A stretch of DNA of 64,000 nucleotides from Vitrella brassicaformis CCMP3155. Its lineage: Eukaryota; Protista; Chromerida. Position 1 is the stretch's first letter, and every line of letters starts with the position of its first letter. A model generated the notes under the pieces. It saw only the letters and a list, made by a program, of their open reading frames with translations, ran no database searches and was not told where the DNA came from. The translations under genes and the position numbers were made by a program. Positions 11,052 to 23,983 of the stretch are shown piece by piece. The DNA lies in the NCBI GenBank assembly GCA_001179505.1, contig CDMY01000086.1, positions 124,001 through 188,000 of the forward strand, given 5' to 3'.

Positions 11052-14000
11052 TTCAATCACCGTCGGAGAGGCAGACGTGTCCTGGCTCTCGTCCTCAGCC
11101 CCTGCCGTGGAGAAGAGTGAGGAAATGCGCGCGTGGCTGCAGAGTGAGATCGATGAGTTCGTCAAGAGACGGCACCAGCATGGGACCTTCCAAACAGCGT
11201 TGCGGAAGAAGCAGCTGCACCAGATTGAGAAGACCAGGCGGCTGCCGAAGGTGATTGTTGTGGTCCGGCGGCTGCCCTTTTACATCCAGTACGACGCAGA
11301 GACCCAGCAGTTCTCCCACTTCACGGGTGACTTCCGCATCGACGTGTCCAAGTGCCTCCCCAAAGAGGCCATCATGCCGCTCTCGCAGTCGGACGAGGTC
11401 ATCCCCACCAACGATGCAGTGGTGGACACGGCGGCCGGCGGGGCGGGGGGGAACCCATCGCAGCAAGACATGACACGCGATATTGCAGCCCCGCTTCCCC
11501 CCACCCCAGCGACGGCCGAGGCATGTCCACCGCCCCAGGCCCCTGCTGATGGAGGTGCCTCCAGCCGTGCGGGCACCCCCTTAGAGAAGGTCACGGTGGG
11601 AAGCCCGGGGATAGAGGTCGGTCACAGAAAGGGGCAAGCACGACACGCGGCAGACAATGAACATCTCTCCGTGTTCTCTCTTTGCTGATCATGCAGATAG
11701 CCGATCCAGAGCTGCGTGATCGTCTGAAGCGCTACTTGAAGGGAGGGACGCACGGCAAGAAGGCAACCGACACGGGAGGGGGCGGAGGAGAGACCCAGGA
11801 CAACTCACATTGGGACATCGAGGGTGAGACAGCGCACGTGTCTCACGGAGGAGAGGACTTACTTTCTTTGTGTCTGGATGGATGTTAGGGACTGCGGACC
11901 CCTCGCTCAACTGCGTTCCGTAAGCACGGGTTTCAGGCCCAGAGATGGGCAGCGCCACACACCCTGCTCTCCTGGCCCCCAGTTACCCCTTTGTTGATTC
12001 TGTGCAGTGTGTTTTTGGACGACGAGACAATGGATGACGCCTACTGTCAGTCAATCCTGTCGCCGCTCTTCCACTACCGCACCCCCCCAATTGGGACAGG
12101 ATACGAGGTGACTGTACTGGGCAATCAGGCTGTGGGGCGCTGAAGTGCAGCTCTGTGTGCTGTGTTTGACAGGTGGGGGTGGAGGAGTGGTCTGCCTACG
12201 CGCGGGTGAATTCTATATTCTGCGACATGGTTCGCAGCGTATACGAGGAGGGCGACATCATTCTCGTCTTTGACTACCACCTTATGCTGCTGCCCAAGCT
12301 GCTTAGAGAGGTAAGCAGAGACGTCTGGGCGCAGAAGTGACCTCGCCATGGACGCGTGTGCTTTCAGCACCTTCCCCACGCGCACATTGGTTTCTACCTC
12401 AGCACTGTATTCCCATCCTCAGAGATGTACAGGATACTGCCACAGCGTGAAGAGCTGTTGCGCGGTGTCTTAGCTGCGAACCTGGTCAGCCTCCTTTGTG
12501 GTTTAGCTCGCGGCTTCACATCGTGTTGATGTGACTCAGGTGGGTTTCCACAGCTTCCAGTACAAGCGGCACTTTCTCACTGCATGCACTCGGGTCTTGG
12601 GAGTGGAGTGCAAGGCAGAAGGCATCGAAGCTTGTCCGGAAGCGGGTGGATGCGGTGTGGACTGATGCAAACGACCCACGCTGACACTTCCTATCCGTGA
12701 TGCAACACTTGTCTCCCTCTCTGTTAGGTTCCCGTGTTGTGACTGTCCCCCGAGGGATAAACCCTGACCCATGGCTGTCCGAGATGAACAAAGAAGCGAC
12801 TCTCTTTCAGATACAGGAGCTCAGCAGCAAATTCCAAGGCAGGAAGGTCCTTTTGGGGATCGATACGCTCGACTACATCAAAGTAGGGATGGGGAGGACG
12901 GTTGGCATCCGTGTCTTCGTTTGTCTCTGCGCTTTGCGATTTGTGTCTCAGGGCATTCCTCACAAGATGATGGCCTTCTACAAGTTCCTTCACAACTATC
13001 CTGAGTGGGCCGCGAACTGCATCTATCTACAGGCACGAACGCCGGACGAATTGAGACAAGTGAGAATTTGATTTCTGCCGCAGATCACACTTCCGTTGGT
13101 AGGAGGTCGATGCGCCGTGGATCCGGCCAGAAGGCCTGCATCGATATTGGTCTCAGGAATCTGCTGGTGACGAGGAAATCACTATCGACAAAGCCGACAG
13201 GTAATAGTATACTGGGGTCGTGATAGCTCAGTGAATCCCTTGCTTGTCTATGGTCTCGCGGACAGACAAGAGATCCTCTACCAAGTGTACCAAGTTGCCG
13301 GCGCCATCAACGCGCAATTTGGGTCCTTTGATGCCGTCCCTGTCCACTTTCTCCATCAACGATTCACGTTCGCCTTGGCTGAATCCACTGACCACCTCTT
13401 CCTTTCTCTCGCACATTTTCTCCGTCAGATTCCAAGAACTTGTGCCTGTCTACGCCCTGGCTGACGTTGGCCTCATTACATCCCTCAGGGAATCTCTGAG
13501 CTTCACTGCCTACGAATTCATCCTTTGCCAACAGTCAACAAATCGTGGAGTGCTGATACTCAGCGAATTCTCGGGTATAAACAATAGACAACAATCCAGA
13601 GAAACAGCCATCCTCTGTTCGTTCCAGGCTCTGCCCAGTCGCTGGGAGCGGCGGCAATATGCGTAAATCCATGGGACACAAACGGGTAGGGTGGGTGAGT
13701 TCTTTTTTTCTGCTTGGGTCAGTATCGTGAGGCGTTACTTCGCAGATTCGCTGCAGCCATTCATGACGCCGTCATCATGAACGACGAAGAGAAATCAAAA
13801 CGGCACGAGTACGCCTATAACTACGTCATGAAACACACAGCACACCGAGTAAGAAAAGACGTACGGACTGCTTTGGATTCGCTCTGCGTATTGTTGTTCA
13901 ATATCCTCAGTGGGGCGAGCGCTTGCTTGATGAGTTTAAGGAGGCGATCAGCGAAATGGAGGTCGGTAATAGACCCACGTACGTAGACAGGCATCAATCA

Positions 14001-15729
14001 ATTACGGCATAGATCAAATACCAATCGATCAGATGTCGAGTCTCCACATCCCTCCCCTTCTTTCCCGTAAGTTGGAAGTGGCAGGCGAATTTTCCGTCGA
14101 ACTCCGAGTGCCAAATCTGTCCAGACGACGAGGTTTTGCGGGCTTTCTTTCATCCGGCCATCAAGCAGGTGACTCGGATTGAGTGATGCATGGCGTCAGG
14201 TCTGACTGGGTGTTATGCAGCGGATAATCGTGCTGGGTTTCAGAGGCACTTTATTCCCGAGTAAACTTGGCGGTGGCGACGTGTACGCTGCGGAGATTTT
14301 CGGCCATGTACGGTTGAGCGCGCTCAACCAACAGTCGCTTTCCGTAAGACAGCCTATCGTAGGCAGAACAGCCTGTGATGTTGCAGACAGCGTATGTCTG
14401 TATTCAGGTGCTGGCACAAGACCCACGGAACGTCATCATCATTGCCTCCTCTTCTTGCCGCTCGGTATGTGTAGACGAATGCAAGTGTCTCATCGAACGG
14501 ACGTTTGTCTCTCTGTGTGTGCGTGTGTCTGCGTACAAAGATAATGGACAAAGCTCTCGGCACTCTGAAAGACAGGGTTTGGGTGAGTGCCTTTTCAACT
14601 GAAACACAAGGCATCTATTCCGTTGCATTTCATGATCTCCTCAACCCTTCAGATGATGGCAGAGAACGGTCATTGCGTCAAGTAAGCAGTGCCAGAAGTC
14701 AGTGCTTTTTGGTGACGTTTTTGCTGACTACTCAGGGCAATAGGCGATTCATGGAAGTGGGAAAAGGACGACTTAGATCTATCATGGAAGGAGGCGGTCA
14801 AAGACATACTCAAGTATTTTGTCCAGCGAACACCTGGTATATACACATCTACACATTTACAGATTTGGTTCGCTGACGAAACGAGGTGTTTGCCGCAAAC
14901 TTGCAGGTTCTGTGACTTATGAAACCGAGACTTCGGTTTCGTGGGTTTATCAGAATACACAGGTGAAAACAAACTACGAAGACTAGAACGTGACGGAACC
15001 ATTGTGGGCTCGGCTTATGCAGAGGGACCACGGCGCGATCCAGGCCCGTGATTTGTTAATTCATCTTTGGGCTGGCCCTTTAGTGGCGTCGGGCGCTGAT
15101 GTCGTGGTCGGCACGCAGAGCGTTGAAGTGAGACACGGCGAAGTGAGCAAAGCGTCGGCGCTAGGTGAATGAATACGTAATGTATCTTATACATATTGTG
15201 GAGTTCGTTATACTTTGAATGGAATTGTTCAGACAAAATTCTGGCGACGATCATTCCAAGCGAATCGAGTGTCCTTCCGAGCGAAAGGGTATCATTAATT
15301 CACCAGCGAACGCACCTGTAAAGCCCCTGTGTGTTCACTTCCCTCAGCTTTTCCTGTGCATCGGAAATTTTCTTATGAGAGACGAAGACGTAGGTGCAAA
15401 GAATGCGAAAACAAAGTACTAACGCAACACCTAAGTCTCCTGCGGCTCTTACAGGTCTTTACGACAATTCACAAGTATGCGTCTGGACTGGAAACACCTG
15501 CCAGTGAGGGACCAAAGTCGACCACCGCGAGTTCCCACTTTTGTGCCACGGTCGGCCGTAAGAACTCGCGTGCCCAATATCATGCGTTTGATGCACAAGT
15601 GAGAAGGAAACCTACATGAGTACATGTGACGTATGAAAACCGTACTTCTTTTTGCAGGATGTCGGCTTCCTACTCGCGAAGTTGTCTCATCGGCAGGCAG
15701 CAGCAGACAATAAGGGAGCTCGGCACTAG
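11052..15729 (+). CDS. TPS: Trehalose-6-phosphate synthase/phosphatase (TPS-TPP) fusion-like protein; true start uncertain, possibly small exons from ~10766-10948
   Basis: GT20 motifs VIVVVRRLP, LSPLFHY, WSAYARVN..FDYHLMLLP, IGFYLSTVFPSSEMYRILP, VGFHSFQYKRHF, GIDTLDYIKGIPHK, NPWD. TPP-like region RIIVLGFRGTL, AENG, WKEAVKDILKYFVQRTPG, SVEVR, FLCIGNFLMRDEDV. Stop TAG at 15727-15729. Confidence 0.92.
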
Positions 15730-15791
15730 ATAGTGGTGACGCATATGTGCCGATGACAGTGTGTCCGTTGCCGAGGCGCTGTGGCCCCCCG

Positions 15792-15831
15792 CAGCAGCTG
15801 ATATGGGGTGCCAGCAGCTGATATGGGGTGC
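15792..15831. repeat. Perfect 20-bp tandem duplication (cagcagctgatatggggtgc x2) between convergent TPS and ABCC 3' ends
   Basis: Seen directly. Confidence 0.9.
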
Positions 15832-16031
15832 GGCAAGGCAGTCGACGATGACGCTAGTATGGTCTATGTTATCGCACATCATTGAACTCCCTTAGTCGTA
15901 AGTCTGCAGGTGATATGATGTACATTGTTTGTTGACATTGTCAATCCACAGTCTCATGCTGTACAGACATTACTAGTAACCGCATGCTACTGCACAAATG
16001 CATTGCTTTATTCTCTACAATCATGGCAGCT

Positions 16032-19000
16032 TCACAAAACACAAGCCTCACTGGTCAACCGTCGGACACCTCCGTAGTACAAATCGTGAAACCGACTGGA
16101 TTTGTCTTCCAACAGAACGGATGGCCTCCCAACCTGCCCAAAAGCACGAAGCCATTGCTCACAATTGTAGGCTTCTGTTGCTTGCATACCTCAACCAGCT
16201 CGGAATGGTCGAACACGAGGACGCGATCACAGTGCTGCGCAGAGAATCGAGCTTTAGCAATTGAGCCCGCATGGATGCGTGAGCAAGTTTCATACCTGAA
16301 CAACGCTTCGCAAGCGATGCGTGATCATCACCACAGTCTTGTCCCTGCATCATCAGAACGCAGGCAGCAGCGACACATCGATGCCCGTGAGTAATAAGCC
16401 ACCTCAAGTGACGATGCAGGGAATTGAAGATCATACTGTCTTGCCCGACGTCCACACAACTACCAGAGCAGAAGGTGCAAACGTGCTCACTGCAGTTTTC
16501 GACATGAAACGGCCTCTAAAGTTACCTGGAAGCTTCGTCGAGAAGGATGACACGACTGTCCTTCAATACTGCTCGACAGAAACAGAGAAGCTGTTTCTGG
16601 CCCAGCGAAAGCCTCTCATCAGTCGATCTGGATGCTTCTTGACTCTTCTTTTTGAGATAGAATAGTTGCCGGCCTTGAGACTGCTGACTATCCCTGTCCC
16701 GACTGTCTGTGCTGAGTCTCCTCCGATTACGCTTAGCACAAACACTTGCACTCTTCGGCCGAAAGCTGTCCGTGATGATCGCGCCTGTCGCGGCGTCTGC
16801 GGTCTCCAACAGCAGGGGTTTCGAGTCGCTTCGGTCCCGTCGTCGCCTTGAACAGACGAAGGATACTGTCCTTCTGCGAGTCGGGGCGTACTCTTTTTCG
16901 TCATGACTGTTGTCGGAAGCTGCCGTTGTTGTTGTCGTCTGTTGACGAAAGGAAGGCTGGAGCGAGGGCACAGGCCCTGGAAGCTCTTCCTTCTTTCTCC
17001 TGTTGTAGCTCTTTCGTAGTTGCCTTGGTCGTTGACGAAATTCCAGGTATGAGATGTTCTCGTCGGTGCAAATAGTCTCGTCCAATCCCTGCCTCACATT
17101 ACCGTAGATCAAGAGAAACCGGACAGGCGCGATGCTTTTCTAGTTTTTCAGTACCTTTGCGAAGCAGCGAACAAGGTCTGCGATTCCGAAAGCATTGAGA
17201 ACTTCCCAAATTTGCTCGTCCGTGCAGCGATTAGATGGGTCCAGATTGTGACGGACCGATCCGGAAAACAAGACGGGATTCTGCGGCACGATGGCAATCT
17301 GGGAGCGCAGTTCTTCAAGCCCGATGTTCGCACTGTCAATTCCGTCAATGAAAACCTGCCCGTCAAAATCCACCATCCTGGAAGGTACAACAAACAGACA
17401 CCTTGAAAAAAGCACGCTTCATAGACAGCCTCATCCATCACTGACCGCAGCAGTGCCATACAGATGGACGTCTTTCCAGCGCCAGAGCGTCCAACAATCC
17501 CCACGGTTTCGCCTTGCTGGACAGTGAAGTTAATGCAACTCAGCGCGGGAGGACACGCAGGCCGATATCTGAGAGTGACATTTCTGAACTCGATTGCACC
17601 GGAGACCGCTTGCCAGGTCCTGATGCTGTTTGAGAGCTGTTGCTGCTGCATCCTGCATCGCGCATCATGAATATGAGAGCATCCGACCATATTCTTCTTC
17701 CTACTTGCGTTGATCGCGGCCCTTTTGACTCTTCGTTAGCTTGGTGGCTGCAAGCAAAGAGCAAGCAAAGAGGCGAAGAAAGGGAAATGACAAAAATTGA
17801 ACCGCAATGCCCTTCGAAAGACAGCCAGGACCTAGAACATTGCTGCTCAAAGAACTCAGATTCGTCAGGCCGTTCTCCCTCTCCATCTGAATGCAGTCAA
17901 AGGTTCTCAGCACTCGTCACCGCTGTCTGTCGCTCCAGTCGAAGCCTACCGTTGCGTATTCCCACAACCGCTCGATCGATACCATATGCCTCTCAACCCT
18001 GACATGCAATTACATGCAATTAGACCTGTTAGCCTTCCGTACAATCACCTCTTCGCCTCACGTGGTAGCCATCCGTATAGTGTGGCTCATGAGAAAGACG
18101 ATTCTGTTGGTTGCATAGAGCGCCAACGCCGTTCCAGCAGCCTGGCTCACCAGCGTGCTGCTTTCCAGGCGCATTCCGAAGCCGAAAAAAAGGGGGGCCA
18201 GAGAAAGGGAGATTATCGAAAAGGTCCACACCACCCCTGAGCACGATTCTCGTTGTCAAAGCGCTGAAACAGGGGTTTTTGGCCATCGTGCTGACCGATC
18301 AGCTCGAGACGCAGTGAGAACCACCCCTCTAGGCAGTAGTTCGCGAATCCTATGCGCTGGTTCTCTTCTACGTGCTTCTTGTACTCGGCAAAGTACCTTT
18401 CCTCCGCTCTACACGAGAATACTGCTTCTTTCACTTTACGATAATCGCGTCTTTATGTGTTTGAATCCCACCTGAATGCCCTGATGATGGTGATACCCGT
18501 GAGTAGGTCCGACAAAGTGCCATAAATCGGCGAACGACTGACGTTCTCAAGTCTCTTGATTTCCCTGCGTTCATTTTGATACAGAAGACAAAATCACACG
18601 TGATTTGTTTCAGTCCGTGGTTTGTACCTCATTCTGCCGCCATAAAGGAAAGCTATTTTCAGGTAGATCAGGCTGATGAATGGGAGCACGAAGATCAGCA
18701 GTGGAACAGCAGCAGCGAGAAGACAAACTGTCGACCACAATGATGCTGTAAGATGTGGAAACAGACAGCATGCATGGGAAGGACTGCATTTCGTCTTGCT
18801 ACCTGCCGCGCCGATAGTGATCTTGTCGGAGCATATCAGAGGGAAACGACAGACACACACATCAATCATCAAGAAAGAGACTCATACAGGCTGCTACCTG
18901 TAAAGTACTTGGCAGGAACTCATCGACGGTGAAAATGTCTGACAGCGTATTATGTGTGACAAAAAAGCAAGCCTTCCGTTTCGGTTGTCAGTTGCCTACC

Positions 19001-22000
19001 GTCTGATAGACGATTCATCACACGTCCCACCGGTGTCCGGTCAAACCAATGGGATGGGGCGCAGATTACACTCCGCAGCAGTTGGTCATGTACCTCTCTT
19101 GATGCCCACAGAAAACACGCCGCAAACCTTGCAAAATACAGAGAAGAAGAGGGAGGGTTGTAATGCGTGGGGGAAAAAAGTTTTGCCTGCAAACGCACCC
19201 GAAGATCCCAACAAAACTTGCCCCCAGCATAGATAGGGCAACACCGCAGTATATGAGCAGATAGAAGTACTGCATCCAGCCCCGCTGCTCGAACCAATGA
19301 AAACCCATGTAACGACCGAATGGAGGTGCCCGGCCACTTGTCCAGAGCCCGACAACAAACTCGAGAAGGTTTGGACAGGAGGCTGCCATCCAAGATGAGC
19401 ATAATACGATGAAGAGCACACCTAATATGTGGGACGTCCGAAAATACCTACGCACATTGAAATCAATAAATCACAGCGAGAACGGAACGTGTGGCAGATC
19501 GTTAACCTTACCACCAGTAAACTTCAAAACCCACAGACCTGAGGGAGGGTACAATGGGATATTAGAGGACCTTGCACGTGCAAGGAATCTCGTCTTACCC
19601 ACGATGGCGTTCCTCTGGCTCGACGAGCCGAGCGCCTGCGTTGGTTTTGGTGTCCTGCTGTCGTTTGCCTCTGTGCCCCGGGGGAAAGGTTACCCTCACT
19701 TCTCCAGCATAAGCTTGTACAGAGCCGACAGAGAAGTCTCTCGCTATGCGCGGCACGGATGGCGCTGCAACGAGAGTCATGCCACTGCTTTCGTTCTTCT
19801 TCGCCGGACCAGCGTACGCGGAAAGGCTTGGAAAGCTGTCAGGATCGGGGGAAACGGCGGAATTGTACGTTTGCATTCACTTGCCATGTGATACGCTTGC
19901 TGACCTGCCTCGCTTGATCAATGAGACACGAGGCAAATCAGGCCCTGAGAAATCGTAGAGCACCTCCGGAGTACCCCTTCTTTGCAGCTCATGGAAGCGT
20001 CCAGCGGCAGCCACCCTTCCAGCGCGCAATACGATGATCCTCGATATTGACGGGTCCGCGAGGAATGCACCGAGAGCGTGGGCAACCAGAACGCAGGTGC
20101 GGTGGCGTCCGGTCCTTCCTCCAGCTGCCGATGTGTGGTGGCCCCAGAGGATTCCATTGGGGAACTGGAAGACCGCCTGCCACACCTTCCTCGTCGTTGT
20201 CGCGTCCAGCGAAGCAAAAGGATCGTCAATGAGGAACAGCTGCTGTGAAATCTCGGTTCCTTGGTCTTCATTGGCAAGCGATGCAGCATACACAGCCCTT
20301 GCCAGACTGATCCTCGCCCGTTGGCCGCCGGACAAACTGTGCCCACCTCCCTCGATTTCGGTGAGGTCTCCAGCGACAAACTCGGCAAGGTCTTCGCGGA
20401 GACATACGGCATCAATGATCTTCTCATAAGCCTCAGGATGCTGCACACGTGTACAGACACAGGCATGCACACTGAGAGATCCTAAACATTGGTTGAGCTG
20501 TGAGATCCCGCTGTTGGGCGGGATTGTGGCTTACGAAGGGACGACGGAAGATGATGTTCTCACGGATTGTGCCAGCAACGATCCACGGTGACTGCGGAGC
20601 GTACCCGACGCCACCCCCACTGTGCCCACGAATGGTGACTGACGCACGACCTGGAGCAGCAAAGCAGAGGCGCTGAGACACGCTTTGCCCAGCCTCATCA
20701 ACCAATGGTTCGGTTACCTTCAGCCAGATTCATTTCCCCAAGAAAAGAAGCTAACAGGCTAGACTTTCCTGCACCCGACGGGCCGAGGACCACGATCAGA
20801 TCGCCCTCCATCACCCTCATCCTGATCTCCCGCAACGCGAGCGATCCCGCAGTGTTCGCCCCCGTGGAGGCGTCCCTGGATGGTGGGCGCCAGCTGAAAC
20901 TGGCATCTCTGAAGTCGATCACCGGGTGTCTCTTAGCGGGGCGCGCTCGCTGTGTCCGCAAAGGTCCCACCGTAAGGTCCAAATCGCCTGTCGTAGCCGT
21001 CCGGGCCCGCGACGTCTGCGGCACCTGGACAGCATCCGTCACATGGCCCTCGTCGACATCGTAGAAGACGTCCTCCACAGCCGAAGAGACATCAGGTCTC
21101 TCCCCCTGACTGTAGACACTAGAAGAACGCAGACGTGACGGATTAGAAAGTGAAACACGATCGGCAGGCGGGAGAGACTCAGTTGCCACAAGAGACGCCG
21201 AGCTCGACGTCAATCCACGGGGTCTCATCCGGCGCAGTGCTTCGGGCTCCGGCTCCGTGTCGTGCTCACACGCGGACTGGAAGCCATCGACATCACTCCC
21301 TCCCTCGCCGGGCCCTCCACGGCCCTGACGTCCATCGGGCAGGTAGTACCCATCGCTAGACACCGGAGGCAATGATGGACTGGGCGTTGGCCTTTGTGGC
21401 AGCGATGGTGCACCCTGCCTGCCACCCGTGCCCGAGCGAGTGGAAGCGGGGGCCTCTACCCTGTCGTCCTGGAGGAGGAAGTCCGACAACCGCCGGATAG
21501 ATACTTGAGCGATGATGAAGAGCTTCAGCACGCGAGGGATGTCATTTATCGCATTCAGGAAGCTACGGGAGGTACACAAGAAAGGCAGTAGCCAGCAATG
21601 CTTCCTCCGAGAGGTGTGTGCACATTCCCGTGTCTCCCGTTGGTCCCCGCCCCTGGCCCTACCGCTCGATGAATGCAAAGGTCGTGTATGTCGATGATGT
21701 GGACTGGAGGGAGCCGGACTGCAGCACGATGGTGATGACGGTCGCCAGCTTGACCACCGCAGGGGTGCAGACAAACAGGAACTTGCTGCACGCGCTGAGG
21801 TAGGTCTGCGCTCCAAATCGGCGCAGTTCGTTTGAGCGCATTCGGTCGATGCGCTGGTAGGCGTGTTGTTCCCATGAGAGCATCTTGACGGTGCGGATGT
21901 TCTGGAGTATCTCCTTGGAGGCGCGCAGCCTGGCGTCTCTGAAGAGCATCATGCGTCGAATGAGGTGCTGGATGCGGGACAGGATGAGCCCGTTGACGGC

Positions 22001-23230
22001 GACCAGCAGCAGCACGACTGTGAGGACGATCCAGAAGGACGTCTGGTTGTTGAGCTCCCGGTAAAGGAAAGTGAAGTTGATCAGCACCTTGATAGGCTTG
22101 GACCACAACTCGTGGAAGTCATTGATTGCCTCGCCCACACGATGGGTGTCCACTGATATGAAGTCATTCAACTCTCCTGCGTAAGCAATACACATCGGAC
22201 AGAAACACCTGTCACGCACCTTGTCGACATGCCAACCCGCCCCCCTGTGTCTGTCTGACGGTCCACCCCGTTCTACTACCCAGCGAGGCCGCCTACCCCG
22301 CCCCAACCACCGACCTGAGCTGAGTGTCACCCGTGAGGCGGCAGCAACAGCCATGACCTCCACCTCAGTGTCCTCGTCGCTTTCGTGATGCTTGGAGCTC
22401 CTGGTTGTGTCGGTGAGGTTCTTGGTGATCGCTGGCCGACCTCCACTGCCTCCATCTGGGGGCGCCTCACGTGGCGGCAGCAGCGGTGTCGACTCCGTCA
22501 CGTCACTCGCGTCGGCATCGGACAAGTCAGCGTTGCTCATCCTCCGACTGGACGAAGGTGGACCGCCACCACGAGTGGTCGTGTGGCCCTTGGGCGGGTG
22601 CTTGTCCGATTGATGACTGGCCGTGAGAGCTCCCCTCTGCATACTCCGTCGGAAGACAGCGCTGACAAGGGCTGACTTGGTGCGCAGGCCCACCCTCCTT
22701 GCCCCGAAGCGGAAGTGCTGTGTGCATAGGGCTCCGATGAGCTGTACAAAGACGATAGAGGCCCCGATGAGGACGCCGTCATTGAGGTCGCGTCCTGAGG
22801 GGTTCTCCATGTACTCGATAAAGCGCTTCATGAGCAGGGGCTGCAGCGGGGTGAGGATCAGCTCCACCATCTTGAGAATGCCCAGCCAATAAAGGGGACT
22901 GAGCAGCGACCGATGCAGCGCCCGCAACAGAGACCGGTCCGCCTTGGTGTGCCCCATCACCTCCTCATCGAGGGCACTTGAGAACCTCTCACACGTCACC
23001 TCGGTCGCGTCATTCTGCCACAGGGGCGGCACATCATCCGACGTGTACTGCCGCAAACCACCAATGCTCAGCAACCTGGTACACACACACACACACACAC
23101 GCACGTGCCACAATGAGCATTGCTCTGCAGAGAGCGAGCGTCCTTCATCTATCATGTGTTGACACGTGACATACCCGCCGACATGGCCGAAGGTGAGGAA
23201 TGACAACCAGCCTGGTGGTCGTGTGCCCAT
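16032..23230 (-). CDS. ABC transporter, ABCC/MRP family (TMD-NBD-TMD-NBD, no TMD0)
   Basis: Start MGTRPPGWLSFLTF, with an in-frame stop upstream. NBD1: GPSGAGKSSLL, PQSPWIVAGTIRENIIF, LSGGQRARISLARAVY, LIDDPFASLD. TMD2: FDRTPVGRVMNRLS. NBD2: GRSGAGKTS, IVPQNPVLFSGSVRHNLD, LSLGQKQLLCFCRA, ILLDEA, ITHRL, CDRVLVFD. Ends LLEDKSSRFHDLYY..VL*. Confidence 0.95.
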
Positions 23231-23983
23231 CGGCGGCGTCGTTGGTTCACAGGGAAGGCGGCCTTAGCTGAGCCAGTCGAAGAGCGATGACCTGACAGAG
23301 GCACAACACAAACAAGTCACAGGAGCACTGATGCAAAGGCGGCGATGGATCACTGCAAACTCGTGAAGCTTGTCACATGCCCCAGATACCTTGTACGAAC
23401 CTTCGGATGTGATCTGCCCTTCTCCACTTGCAGTACGAATCCTGCTTGACATTTCGGCATTCTCAAACTCATAGATCACCGACGAAAATGACCAGATCTG
23501 ACCAACACTCGCAATTCTAAGCTCGCATCTTGCAGGATCGAATTCATCTTTTGCTTTCCCCCTGAATCCGGAGAGGAGTCAAGCATAGCCACGTGACTCG
23601 GTGCAGCTATCAATCTCAAATCTGTCCACCTATATATCCAGGTCACTCATCAGCATACACCTCTTCACGCTCCAGCAGAGCAAACAAGGCAGCACCGGCC
23701 CGGAAGCCGCACGGCACTTCCCCCACCCGTGGCCACCATGGACATGCAATGCAATGCATGCATTGTTTGACTGACGGCCGGACCGGATGTGGGCATTTTA
23801 AACCGACATTCCCAACCCAACTACCCGCCCCACCGACTCGACTGAAGGATGGATGCATGGCAATCAATCGTACTTACTTTGCCGGACAAACGGCATACAT
23901 CCCCATCCCAGCCACCCATCAACCTTGATGTCCAGCAACTAAATGCACCCTAGCTTGCTGTGTCCACACAAACATCGGTTGCA

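Noticed and set aside
23264-23290. SSLFDWLS, resembling the MRP lasso motif, upstream of the ABCC start
   Set aside because: An in-frame TAA follows it directly and the true motif (GWLSFLTF) occurs after ATG 23230. Treated as 5' UTR coincidence.
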